From NCBI GenBank assembly GCA_031383585.1, contig JANMZU010000033.1, forward strand, positions 1 through 33,114: a stretch of DNA of 33,114 bases, read 5' to 3'. Made by a program: the position numbers and the translations under genes. The notes below the pieces were generated by a model that saw only the letters and a list, made by a program, of their open reading frames with translations, searched no databases and was not told where the DNA came from. How positions within the stretch are numbered: the first letter of the stretch is position 1; each line of letters opens with the position of its first letter. This document shows positions 25,254 to 33,114 of this stretch, in pieces. This DNA comes from Betaproteobacteria bacterium. Lineage in GTDB: Bacteria > Pseudomonadota > Gammaproteobacteria > Burkholderiales > Usitatibacteraceae.

Positions 25254-25898
25254 CTAAAACCGGCTCACTTCAGGACTGCGGTAAAAGCTAAGCACCTTTG
25301 GTACATAAGCCATAGTCTCTGGATACGGTGGAACGCGATTGCCGGCGCGGATTACTGCATTTTCGCCAGCGTTGTAACCAGCAAGCGCGAGTTCAATGTT
25401 GCCATTGAACATTTTTAGCAAGTCGCGCAAGTATCGCGTGCCACCGGCAATGTTTTCTGCTGCGTCATAAACGTTCACGACGCCATAGCGCTGCGCCGTC
25501 GCCGGAATGAGCTGCATCAGTCCGATCGCCCCTTTGGCTGAGAGTGCATTTTCGTTGTAGCCTGACTCTGCACGAATCACCGCGTGTACCAATTTTGCAT
25601 CCAGCCCATTCAGCCTTGCCGCATTGGCAATAATTGGCACTAGTTTTTCAATATCGACCACTCTCGGTCCGCTCGCGGACCACGCATTAGGTCGGAATTG
25701 GGGCGCTGTAGGAATCTTGTAAACCAGCTTGTACCGCTTGTCGAGATGCGGCAAGTTGGAAAAATGCGTCACGCCGTTCTCGTCTTTAAACGCATAAATA
25801 TTTGCAGCAGAATCCGTCGCCGCGAAAAACGCGGCAGTCAACAATGGCAGAAGTGCCAAGCGTTGGCCAAGTCGAATTAGAGCTGCAAAGTGATTCAT
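25254..25898 (-). CDS. Lytic transglycosylase (DUF4124 + SLT domain)
   Basis: The SLT catalytic region is AVIRAESGYNENALSAKGAIGLMQLIP...AGYNAGENAV. The N-terminal sequence IYAFKDENGVTHFSNLP is DUF4124-like. I set the start at the ATG at 25898 so the protein begins with the signal peptide MNHFAALIRLGQRLALLPLLTAAFFAATDSAA. The track start at 25940 is a TTG. Confidence 0.85.
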   Translation of the reverse strand: MNHFAALIRLGQRLALLPLLTAAFFAATDSAANIYAFKDENGVTHFSNLPHLDKRYKLVYKIPTAPQFRPNAWSASGPRVVDIEKLVPIIANAARLNGLDAKLVHAVIRAESGYNENALSAKGAIGLMQLIPATAQRYGVVNVYDAAENIAGGTRYLRDLLKMFNGNIELALAGYNAGENAVIRAGNRVPPYPETMAYVPKVLSFYRSPEVSRF

Positions 25899-26019
25899 TT
25901 TTTTACTTGAGGAGCAAGTTGATACCATTGAATTTTCCAACCATTCTTAACCTACCGCTGCCACATCGGGCAGCGCATCGTGCACATGAGTTAGCCTCGA
26001 TAAGGTAACCTATCAATCT

Positions 26020-29000
26020 ATGAGTCAACCATTAACGCATGATTCAGCAACTGTTGCATCAACACGTAACCGAAAAATCGAACTCCCGTGGTTGATTTTG
26101 GTGGCGCTGTTGCTATCGACTCTGCTCGCCGCATTTCAAAGTTCGCGCCAATTGCGAGCTTCCAATGAAGTGCGTTTTAATGAGATCGCGCAAACTGAAA
26201 AACGTGCCCTAGTCAGGCAATTCCAAGACGTCGAAAGGCTGCTTCGCGATGCACTTGCATTCGAATCCGCGGTCGCCAACCCGGGCCAACCTGCGTGGGA
26301 CACCTACGTCCGCGCAAGCGTACAAAACATGATTGGTGGCGCCCAAGCCATTGCTGCGGTGCAATTGCACGCGCCTACAGGGGCAAGACCGCTCACAACA
26401 GTGCTGAGCAGCGCAACTGAAATCGAAAAGATCATTGACGGACAGACGTCGCAAGCGTTGTCGGCAGCAATAAGCAGCGCGAAATCCACGAATGCCGTCA
26501 CACTTTCGTTTTTGCTTATTGCGCCTGGCGAAGCATCCACGACTCATTTTGTTGCTGTTGTGGCGCCGGGTTATGGTGCGACATCAACGCTTAAACCACT
26601 TGGCACACCGGGGCAGTCGCGAGGCGCGGCGGTCGCAATCATCGACCTGTCGGTAATCATGTCGAACTTCGCAAAAAACTCGACGCATCTCGTCGCTCAT
26701 GAGCTTTTTGATGGCGACAAACGCCTGGTTTCGGCCTTGGACGCATTTTCCGAGCAGCTTTCAAGAGCCGAAATGAGTGCAGAGCTTCCGGTCGAGTATG
26801 GCGGTCGCCTGCTGCGGTTTAAAATTTCGTCAACGCCCGGGCTGGAAAAGACCCTAAGAAGTGACCTGCCTCGTGTCATTCTCATCATCGGAATTTTCGG
26901 CACCATGCTACTTGGCGCGCTGGTGTTGCTTTTGACGAGACTGCGCGAACAAGCTGAATCACTTGCAACGAGCATGACGCGCAAGCTGCTGGATCAGACT
27001 CACTTTACCGAGGATTTGATTGAATTTAATCCGAATCCGATTTTCCGCAAAGACAACGACGGCCGATTCGTTGCGGTTAACCAGGCTTGGGAACAACTCA
27101 GCGGCCTCAGCAGAGGAGACATTCTAGGCAAGACGGATCAAGAGTTGCTGCCAGTTGGTTCCAGTGAAGATTCAGCGATGCTCAGCGCGCGACTTCTGGA
27201 CTCACGGTCAGGATACGAGGCCAACGAGGTTTTCTTTGCAAATGCTGACGGCAAGCAGCTCGAAACGATTATTGCAAAAAAGATACTGAAGCGCGCTGAC
27301 GGCACCGTTGACGGGATGATTGGCACCATCACAGATGTCACTTTAATCAAGAATCTGGAGCGTGAGCTCGCTCGCCAGCGGGAGCGACTGGACCTTGTTA
27401 TTCGTTCTTCACAACAAGGCATCTGGGATATCGATCTGTCGCACGGCAGCGATTCCTACTTCTCTGAGCGTTTCCGCGAAATTCTCGGCTATACGCAAAT
27501 TGATTTTCCACCGGCATTTGAATGGCGGGACCATGTCCATCCAGACGACACTCGTGAGGTAAATGATCGCGTCATCGCGCATTTCAAGGGCGAAACTGCG
27601 CTCTTTAGTATTGAGTGCCGCACAAGACGCAAAAATGACACATACGTCTGGCTCCGTGTGCGTGCAATCGCACAGCGGGACGGCAAAACGCGCGCAGTGC
27701 GGTTTGTCGGCTCGATAACAGACATTACTGACCGCAAGACTGCAGAAGTCGAATTGAAGGAGGCAAACATTCGCGTAACTGAGGCGGCGCGCGCCAAAGA
27801 ATCGTTCCTTGCTACGATGAGCCACGAAATTCGCACGCCGTTAAATGGCGTACTTGGCATGGCAAGCTTGTTGTCGGAAACCACCTTGAACGATGAGCAG
27901 CATGACTACATCAGGCTTATACGGGCCTCAGGCGACACACTGCTGCGCCTCATCAATGACGTATTGGACTTTTCGAAGATCGAATCCGGCCGAATGACGC
28001 TTGAATCGGTTGCCGTCGAGATCGTCCCCGTTGTCGAAGAGGCGTTTGAACTAGTCGCCGAAAAAGCACGTGAAAAGGGAATCGCGTTGCTATTCGATAT
28101 GGCTAAGGACGTGCCTTTCTACATTTTGGGTGACGCAACTCGCATTAGACAGATATTGCTCAATCTGCTTTCCAACGCGCTCAAATTTACAGAAAGAGGC
28201 GAAATAAAAATTGAGCTCCGCGTGCAGCAAAAGGCGGGCCTTCAACTCGAGCTATGCGGTCAGGTCTCAGATACTGGCATTGGAATTCCTGCTGACCGAG
28301 CGAGCAAATTGTTCCAGCCGTTTACCCAGGTAGATGCCTCCACCACCCGCAAGTACGGTGGAACCGGACTGGGACTAGCTATCGTCCGTCGGCTATCTCA
28401 ACTGATGGGAGGCGACGTTTTCGTAGATAGCACAGAGGGCAAGGGTTCAACCTTCACCTTCACCTTATTGACCAGTGCTACCCGCGGTCCAACTAAGCCC
28501 TATATGCAAAGAGATGTACCCGATTTTCTTCACAAACGTTTGCTGGCAGTCGACCGGAATGCAAACAGGCGCGCTATTCAAAAGCAGCGGTATTCACTAT
28601 GGGGATTTGACGCCGTAACTGTGGCCCCCGAAGATGCGGTAATGGCACTTAAATTGGGTCCACCATTCGACGTTTTGCTAGCCGAAATCGAATTGCCTCA
28701 CGATGTGACATCCGAATTGCAGGAAGCCATTGAGATTGACCAACAAAACAGGCATGAACTAAATGTCCCACGACTTTCTATCTTGCTCCAGTCGTCTACT
28801 TCGCGTGCCGAACTTTCACGGAAACAAAAGACCGCACCGCTTCGGCACGACGCTCTGGTCATGCGCCCAGCCGGGCGCGGAAAACTCTTCGACGTATTGA
28901 TGCGTGCGGTCCGGCACCAGCCCAATTTGGACATTGCGACTCGTCCATATACGCCGGTGCCAATTTACGATGCGCATTTTCGTACCGCACCTTCCAGTTC

Positions 29001-29955
29001 AGCGGTATGGACTGACTCGCACGTTGATAGTGCGCTGCGACCGGATCACAAGCGCCACAATGTTTCGGCAATCAAGATAGACGGGCGCGCGCCACGGATA
29101 CTTGTTGCTGAGGACAATGAAGTGAACCAACAGGTCGTACTGGGCATGTTGAAAAACCTCGGCTGTGAAGCTGATTTGGCGAGAGATGGACACATTGCAG
29201 TGCAGAAGGCCGCTGCCGGCCGATACGACGTGATTTTTATGGACATCCACATGCCGGAACTCGATGGCGTAAAGGCGATGGAGAATATTCGGGCCTTGTT
29301 GCAGAACGATACCTGCCCGCCTATCGTCGCGATGACGGCGCATGCTTTGCCAGGAGATCGCGAACACTATCTCTCACTGGGGATGAATGATTACGTCTCC
29401 AAGCCTATTCGTACCGGGGACCTCAGAAGCCTTTTCGAACGCTTGATTCCAAAAAGCACCAGCTCTCAACCTGCAAATACCGAGGCTCCGATGCCATCTA
29501 CTCCTGCTATTACTCCCGTCAGTGCTGCACCACGGCAAGCTGAGCTTCCCATCCTTGATACTGAACAACTCGAAGATCTGCGCTATTTACCGACGGCAAA
29601 AGGGGATGCCGGTGACGGGCAAGACCCTGTGGGAGGGCTCATCAGGTTGTTTCAAACGAAGGCCAATGAGCGCATCGAAGAAATGGAACGACTGCTCGCG
29701 ACCGAGAACTGGTCTGCGCTTGCAGAAATCGCACATAGCCTATGTGGGTCCTCTGCAAGCATGGGATTTCCGCGGGTCGCGGCAAACTGCAAACAGCTAG
29801 AACTTGCCGCGCGCAGCAAGCAAACTGGGCAACAATCAGATACTCCCACCCAGGAGCACTTGGACAATTATTTTGCGCTCATCAAATTTCACTATTGGGA
29901 AGCAGATGCGGCGTTGCGCGACTGGCTTTCAAAAAACGCGATCGCCGGTAAATAG
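26020..29955 (+). CDS. Hybrid sensor histidine kinase (periplasmic sensor - 2x PAS - HisKA - HATPase - degenerate REC - REC - Hpt)
   Basis: Domain layout of the 1311-aa protein, by hand count:
- TM1 at about aa 22-38.
- A roughly 245-aa periplasmic region.
- TM2 at about aa 285-306.
- Two PAS-like segments (aa ~325-445 and ~452-575).
- H-box [15 protein letters not shown], His602 at nt 27823.
- N, G1 and G2 boxes: [25 protein letters not shown].
- A degenerate receiver at aa ~838-960.
- A canonical receiver, [11 protein letters not shown]...VIFMDIHMP...SKP, with Asp1075 at nt 29242.
- An Hpt domain, [12 protein letters not shown], with His1239 at nt 29734. Confidence 0.9.
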   Translation: MSQPLTHDSATVASTRNRKIELPWLILVALLLSTLLAAFQSSRQLRASNEVRFNEIAQTEKRALVRQFQDVERLLRDALAFESAVANPGQPAWDTYVRASVQNMIGGAQAIAAVQLHAPTGARPLTTVLSSATEIEKIIDGQTSQALSAAISSAKSTNAVTLSFLLIAPGEASTTHFVAVVAPGYGATSTLKPLGTPGQSRGAAVAIIDLSVIMSNFAKNSTHLVAHELFDGDKRLVSALDAFSEQLSRAEMSAELPVEYGGRLLRFKISSTPGLEKTLRSDLPRVILIIGIFGTMLLGALVLLLTRLREQAESLATSMTRKLLDQTHFTEDLIEFNPNPIFRKDNDGRFVAVNQAWEQLSGLSRGDILGKTDQELLPVGSSEDSAMLSARLLDSRSGYEANEVFFANADGKQLETIIAKKILKRADGTVDGMIGTITDVTLIKNLERELARQRERLDLVIRSSQQGIWDIDLSHGSDSYFSERFREILGYTQIDFPPAFEWRDHVHPDDTREVNDRVIAHFKGETALFSIECRTRRKNDTYVWLRVRAIAQRDGKTRAVRFVGSITDITDRKTAEVELKEANIRVTEAARAKESFLATMSHEIRTPLNGVLGMASLLSETTLNDEQHDYIRLIRASGDTLLRLINDVLDFSKIESGRMTLESVAVEIVPVVEEAFELVAEKAREKGIALLFDMAKDVPFYILGDATRIRQILLNLLSNALKFTERGEIKIELRVQQKAGLQLELCGQVSDTGIGIPADRASKLFQPFTQVDASTTRKYGGTGLGLAIVRRLSQLMGGDVFVDSTEGKGSTFTFTLLTSATRGPTKPYMQRDVPDFLHKRLLAVDRNANRRAIQKQRYSLWGFDAVTVAPEDAVMALKLGPPFDVLLAEIELPHDVTSELQEAIEIDQQNRHELNVPRLSILLQSSTSRAELSRKQKTAPLRHDALVMRPAGRGKLFDVLMRAVRHQPNLDIATRPYTPVPIYDAHFRTAPSSSAVWTDSHVDSALRPDHKRHNVSAIKIDGRAPRILVAEDNEVNQQVVLGMLKNLGCEADLARDGHIAVQKAAAGRYDVIFMDIHMPELDGVKAMENIRALLQNDTCPPIVAMTAHALPGDREHYLSLGMNDYVSKPIRTGDLRSLFERLIPKSTSSQPANTEAPMPSTPAITPVSAAPRQAELPILDTEQLEDLRYLPTAKGDAGDGQDPVGGLIRLFQTKANERIEEMERLLATENWSALAEIAHSLCGSSASMGFPRVAANCKQLELAARSKQTGQQSDTPTQEHLDNYFALIKFHYWEADAALRDWLSKNAIAGK

Positions 29956-30073
29956 GAATTTACCTCACTAAAGACTCTTACTGTGCGGCACGGCGCAATC
30001 GTCGCCACTTCAAGGCGCAGTAAGGCTTCAAGATTTTCGGCAAAAGCATCCAAGGCCTCGATATGAACACCGA

Positions 30074-32347
30074 TCAATAGCTATTTCGCAATTGGTCGCT
30101 CGTCGTACGAAGGCGCGCCGCTAACTGCTTGGTTAAGCTGCCAATGACTGCGAATGCAACATCGGGATGTTGCAATCTGAGCAGCTCAAAATTTGCAGCG
30201 CTAAGTGAATATACAATCGCGCCCTGCATCACATGTGCATCAGCAGATCTTGGCTTACCCTCAATTAATGCCATTTCACCAAAAACCATCCCCGGACCAA
30301 ATGTCGCCAGCCTTTGCAACCTAGCGGTACCAGGCAACTTGAGCTTGATGCTGATCTCACCCCGGGTAATGACAAACAACTTGTCACCCGCATCGCCCTC
30401 CGTGAATACAAGGTCACCAGCATCAAACGCTTCCCGCTGCAGCAACCCGCTGAGCGTCTCAAGTTGAAGTGCGTTCAGGTCTGCAAAGAGATCGGCATTA
30501 CCCAGTGAAATCTCGTCTGACGATTTCACTGGCTTGTCGCAACTTTCGAGCAACGAGTCTTCTGCCCACTCGAGCGCTTGATCGAGATCAGCAAACCAGT
30601 GCTGCACATTGATAGAGCGTTCGGCGCCATACTCCTGCAGGTACAGCCCCAACGGCTCGTCAAGTTGGACGTGGCTAAGCGCCACCACTATCCCCTGCTC
30701 CTTAAGCGCTTTACCCAAAACCTGCAAAACGCGGGCGCCACTTGCTTCGACTTCATAAACTCGCCGAAAATCAAGTATTACGGTAGTCCGGCCGAGTGCA
30801 AACGCCTCAATTTCAGTTCGCATGCGGTCTGCCGTGCCAAAAAAGACGTAGCCGCCAAGCTCCACAATTCCAATTTTTGCACCGTTCTCACGCAGACACG
30901 CCGCCTGATCCACATCACGCGCCTTGAGCGATGATCGTGACACGCCGTTGGACAGGCGATAAACAATGGATGTGCTCATCCGAACGACCAAGAGAATAGT
31001 TGCCGCGAGTACGCCGACTACAACAGCTGCCAGAATGTTGACGAATGCGGTAGTCGCGCCAACCAAAACCACAATGATTAAATTGGCCGCGCGGAGATTG
31101 TCGATTGGGCTACCGCCGCGCTTTCTCGGCAGCATGTCACGCGTCAGGTTGTCTACGACACCAACGGCAATTGCGATCATGATTCCAGCCAGCACTGCCA
31201 TCGGGACAAATGCGAGCAATGCGCCGCCGACAAATAGTAGCCCTAAAACAATTGTGGCAAGCGTAGCGCCCGACAAAGCGGTCCTGCCGCCTGCTTGATA
31301 ATTCGCGAGCACAGCCAGAGTTGTGCCGCCAGTAAACAACCCGCCCATGGCTGCGGAACAGATGTTGCTAAGACCCTGCGTAAGGAGAGCGCGGTCGCCA
31401 TCCTGATTCGAGCCCGTCGTGGCATCCACCATAGCCGCACTCAGCAAAGTCATTACCGAACCGATAATCGCCAGCAACAATGCGGTCACTGCGACATCTG
31501 CAGCAACGCCAAACCACAATCTCGACCAATCGAGTTGCAACATAGCGGGAAGAGGCGAATGTACCAGCGCAATTTCAGGCAACGCTCTAAGCACGTCCCC
31601 CATAGCGTCGGCACCCACATAGCCTCGCAACAAAACATAGACCGCAGCGCCGGCCGCAAGCCCTACCATTGGTGCTGGCGCACGATCTGACAGTCTGCGC
31701 GTAAGCAGGGCCGCAATGACCGTCGTTGCCCCAACGATTAGCGCCCACGGATGAATCCTGTCGGCATGGCTGAACAGGTCGGATAGTGAAGAATCGGCGG
31801 GCAGTCCGAACAACGGTTTGATTTGCTGTAAGACTATTTGCAATGCGACACCACACATGAAGCCGGCCAAAACGGGCTGAGGAATGAATTTGAGAGCCCT
31901 GCCGAGTTTTAGTGCTGCAAACAGAACCTGAAACAAGCCACCGAGGAGAACGGCCAAAAAAACCAGTGTCGCAATCGTTCCCACTTTCAAGCCTGATGGA
32001 CTAGAAAAAAGTGGATTAGCTGCCAAAGTCGCTACCAGCGACGCCGAGATTACCGCTGCAGAGGTAATTGGGCCAGAAATTTGGTACCGAGGACGACCGA
32101 CGAGAGCGGCGACCAGCCCGCCCGCAATCGCTGCGTACAAGCCAGCGACGATGCCAACATGAACATGCTCGAGCCCCAATGGCAGGAACACAAGAGCCCC
32201 CTTACCCAAGGCTTGGGGAAGGGCCACGAGTGCTGCTGCGAGTCCTCCCAGAAGATCGCCGCGGACGAGCTTCAGATCCACCGTAAATTGGCCGAAGCGG
32301 TAAATGCGCCCTAGTGACGGTAGTGGAGCCGGTTCCTGTTCTTGCAT
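30074..32347 (-). CDS. SulP-family anion transporter with C-terminal STAS and cyclic-nucleotide-binding domains
   Basis: 757 aa. The SulP membrane core spans aa ~25-460 (LVALPQALG..., ISGPITSAAV..., NQDGDRALLTQGLSNICSAAMGGL). A STAS-like segment spans aa ~485-598 (IVELGGYVFFGTADRM...VILDFRRV). A CAP-family cNMP-binding domain spans aa ~618-745, with the phosphate-binding cassette FGEMALIEGKPRSADA. Confidence 0.88.
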   Translation of the reverse strand: MQEQEPAPLPSLGRIYRFGQFTVDLKLVRGDLLGGLAAALVALPQALGKGALVFLPLGLEHVHVGIVAGLYAAIAGGLVAALVGRPRYQISGPITSAAVISASLVATLAANPLFSSPSGLKVGTIATLVFLAVLLGGLFQVLFAALKLGRALKFIPQPVLAGFMCGVALQIVLQQIKPLFGLPADSSLSDLFSHADRIHPWALIVGATTVIAALLTRRLSDRAPAPMVGLAAGAAVYVLLRGYVGADAMGDVLRALPEIALVHSPLPAMLQLDWSRLWFGVAADVAVTALLLAIIGSVMTLLSAAMVDATTGSNQDGDRALLTQGLSNICSAAMGGLFTGGTTLAVLANYQAGGRTALSGATLATIVLGLLFVGGALLAFVPMAVLAGIMIAIAVGVVDNLTRDMLPRKRGGSPIDNLRAANLIIVVLVGATTAFVNILAAVVVGVLAATILLVVRMSTSIVYRLSNGVSRSSLKARDVDQAACLRENGAKIGIVELGGYVFFGTADRMRTEIEAFALGRTTVILDFRRVYEVEASGARVLQVLGKALKEQGIVVALSHVQLDEPLGLYLQEYGAERSINVQHWFADLDQALEWAEDSLLESCDKPVKSSDEISLGNADLFADLNALQLETLSGLLQREAFDAGDLVFTEGDAGDKLFVITRGEISIKLKLPGTARLQRLATFGPGMVFGEMALIEGKPRSADAHVMQGAIVYSLSAANFELLRLQHPDVAFAVIGSLTKQLAARLRTTSDQLRNSY

Positions 32348-32534
32348 CGCATGATTTTCGTCTGGTTTTCTTCGAGATGTACGTTGAAGCAGTGTAGCTC
32401 AACTGAAAGCGGACAGCTCATCACTGCGGCGACGTCGGGCTCGGAGCTTATCGGTGTTTGCTTTGAGTTTGCCTGGCTCAAAAATGTTAATTCACAAGTT
32501 CCTTGGGGGCGGGAGACGATGAGAAAGCATGGCG

Positions 32535-33114
32535 CTATGCCATCGGCATTTTCAACCCCATGTCAGCCGCACACCGCCTAGCGACATCGTATCCGGCGTC
32601 GGCATGCCGCATCACCCCGGTGCCTGGATCGTTCCATAAAACTCGGCCGATTCGCTTGGCGGCGGCATCCGTCCCGTCACACACAATGACGACACCGGCG
32701 TGCTGCGAAAACCCCATCCCGACCCCGCCGCCGTGGTGCAGCGAGACCCAAGTGGCACCGCCCGCAGTGTTCAGCAATGCATTGAGCAGCGGCCAGTCCG
32801 AAACGGCATCGGATCCATCCAACATCGCTTCGGTTTCGCGGTTAGGGGAAGCGACCGAGCCGGAATCAAGGTGATCGCGCCCGATTACCACCGGAGCTTT
32901 CAACTCGCCCGATCTCACCATCTCATTGAACGCTAAGCCGAGTAGGTGGCGCTGCCCCAGTCCAACCCAGCAGATACGCGCCGGCAAACCCTGAAACGCA
33001 ATGCGTTCCCGGGCCATATCGAGCCAGTTATGCAGATGTAGATCGTCAGGAATCAACTGCCTGACCTTCGCATCCGTTTTATAGATATCCTCCGGATCAC
33101 CCGAAAGTGCGACC
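32535..33114 (-). CDS. hutU: Urocanate hydratase, C-terminal part (5' end beyond the window)
   Basis: Track ORF 32535..33056 reads ...[12 protein letters not shown]...[39 protein letters not shown]...[11 protein letters not shown], classical urocanase sequence. My hand translation of 33057..33113 continues in frame without a stop ([24 protein letters not shown]...). The real gene therefore extends past the window edge. Confidence 0.93.
   Translation of the reverse strand, partial: VALSGDPEDIYKTDAKVRQLIPDDLHLHNWLDMARERIAFQGLPARICWVGLGQRHLLGLAFNEMVRSGELKAPVVIGRDHLDSGSVASPNRETEAMLDGSDAVSDWPLLNALLNTAGGATWVSLHHGGGVGMGFSQHAGVVIVCDGTDAAAKRIGRVLWNDPGTGVMRHADAGYDVARRCAADMGLKMPMA

Noticed and set aside
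29734-29748. The Hpt motif reads HSLCG instead of the common HxxKG.
   Set aside because: The residue after the phospho-His is variable among characterised Hpt domains, as far as I recall, so this is not a meaningful anomaly.
29892-30077. 61-aa minus-strand ORF directly after the SulP stop.
   Set aside because: It starts at a TTG, has no Shine-Dalgarno sequence, and overlaps the 3' end of the sensor kinase gene on the opposite strand. It has no recognisable features and is probably spurious.
1-33114. Whole-window look for mobile elements, CRISPR arrays, tRNA/rRNA genes, defence genes and toxin-antitoxin pairs.
   Set aside because: By eye I found no direct-repeat arrays, no transposase, integrase or recombinase-like ORFs, no tRNA-like cloverleaf candidates in the intergenic regions, and no unexplained multi-gene block. 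tRNAscan, Infernal and a defence-system HMM scan would be needed to exclude them formally.

Overview
This window looks like an ordinary core-chromosome region of a moderately GC-rich proteobacterium. Gene order suggests a betaproteobacterium; that is inference only. Almost all genes are on the minus strand and tightly packed.

From left to right:
- A partial AsmA-like gene that runs off the window and is missing from the ORF track.
- A general-stress PNPOx-like protein and a secreted histidine phosphatase.
- A large sulfate-assimilation supercluster. One unit is sbp-cysT-cysW-cysA-rhodanese. The other is cysI-DUF934-cysH-cysD-cysN-cobA.
- oxyR, with Cys199 and Cys208 conserved.
- A 70-aa small CDS transcribed divergently from oxyR.
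- An orphan parA-like ATPase.
- A ten-gene array: glyA-nrdR-ribD-ribE-ribBX-ribH-nusB-thiL-pgpA-ugpQ.
- An HD-domain protein, a DUF465 protein and a DUF4124/SLT lytic transglycosylase.
- A 1311-aa hybrid sensor kinase.
- A SulP-STAS-cNMP anion transporter.
- The 3' part of hutU, which runs off the window.

I found no tRNA or rRNA genes, CRISPR array, IS or transposon, integrase, or recognisable defence island. I cannot support a claim of a novel multi-gene system.

The best leads are modest:
- The function-unknown DUF934 gene, translationally locked between cysI and cysH.
- A rhodanese appended to the sulfate ABC operon.
- The oxyR-divergent region: an operator-like dyad, an 18-bp perfect palindrome and a small HHCx4C protein.
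- A degenerate receiver carrying Glu at the phospho-acceptor position inside the hybrid kinase.
- The cyclic-nucleotide-binding SulP transporter.

Several ORF-track entries carry spurious N-terminal extensions. I re-set those starts by reading the sequence.
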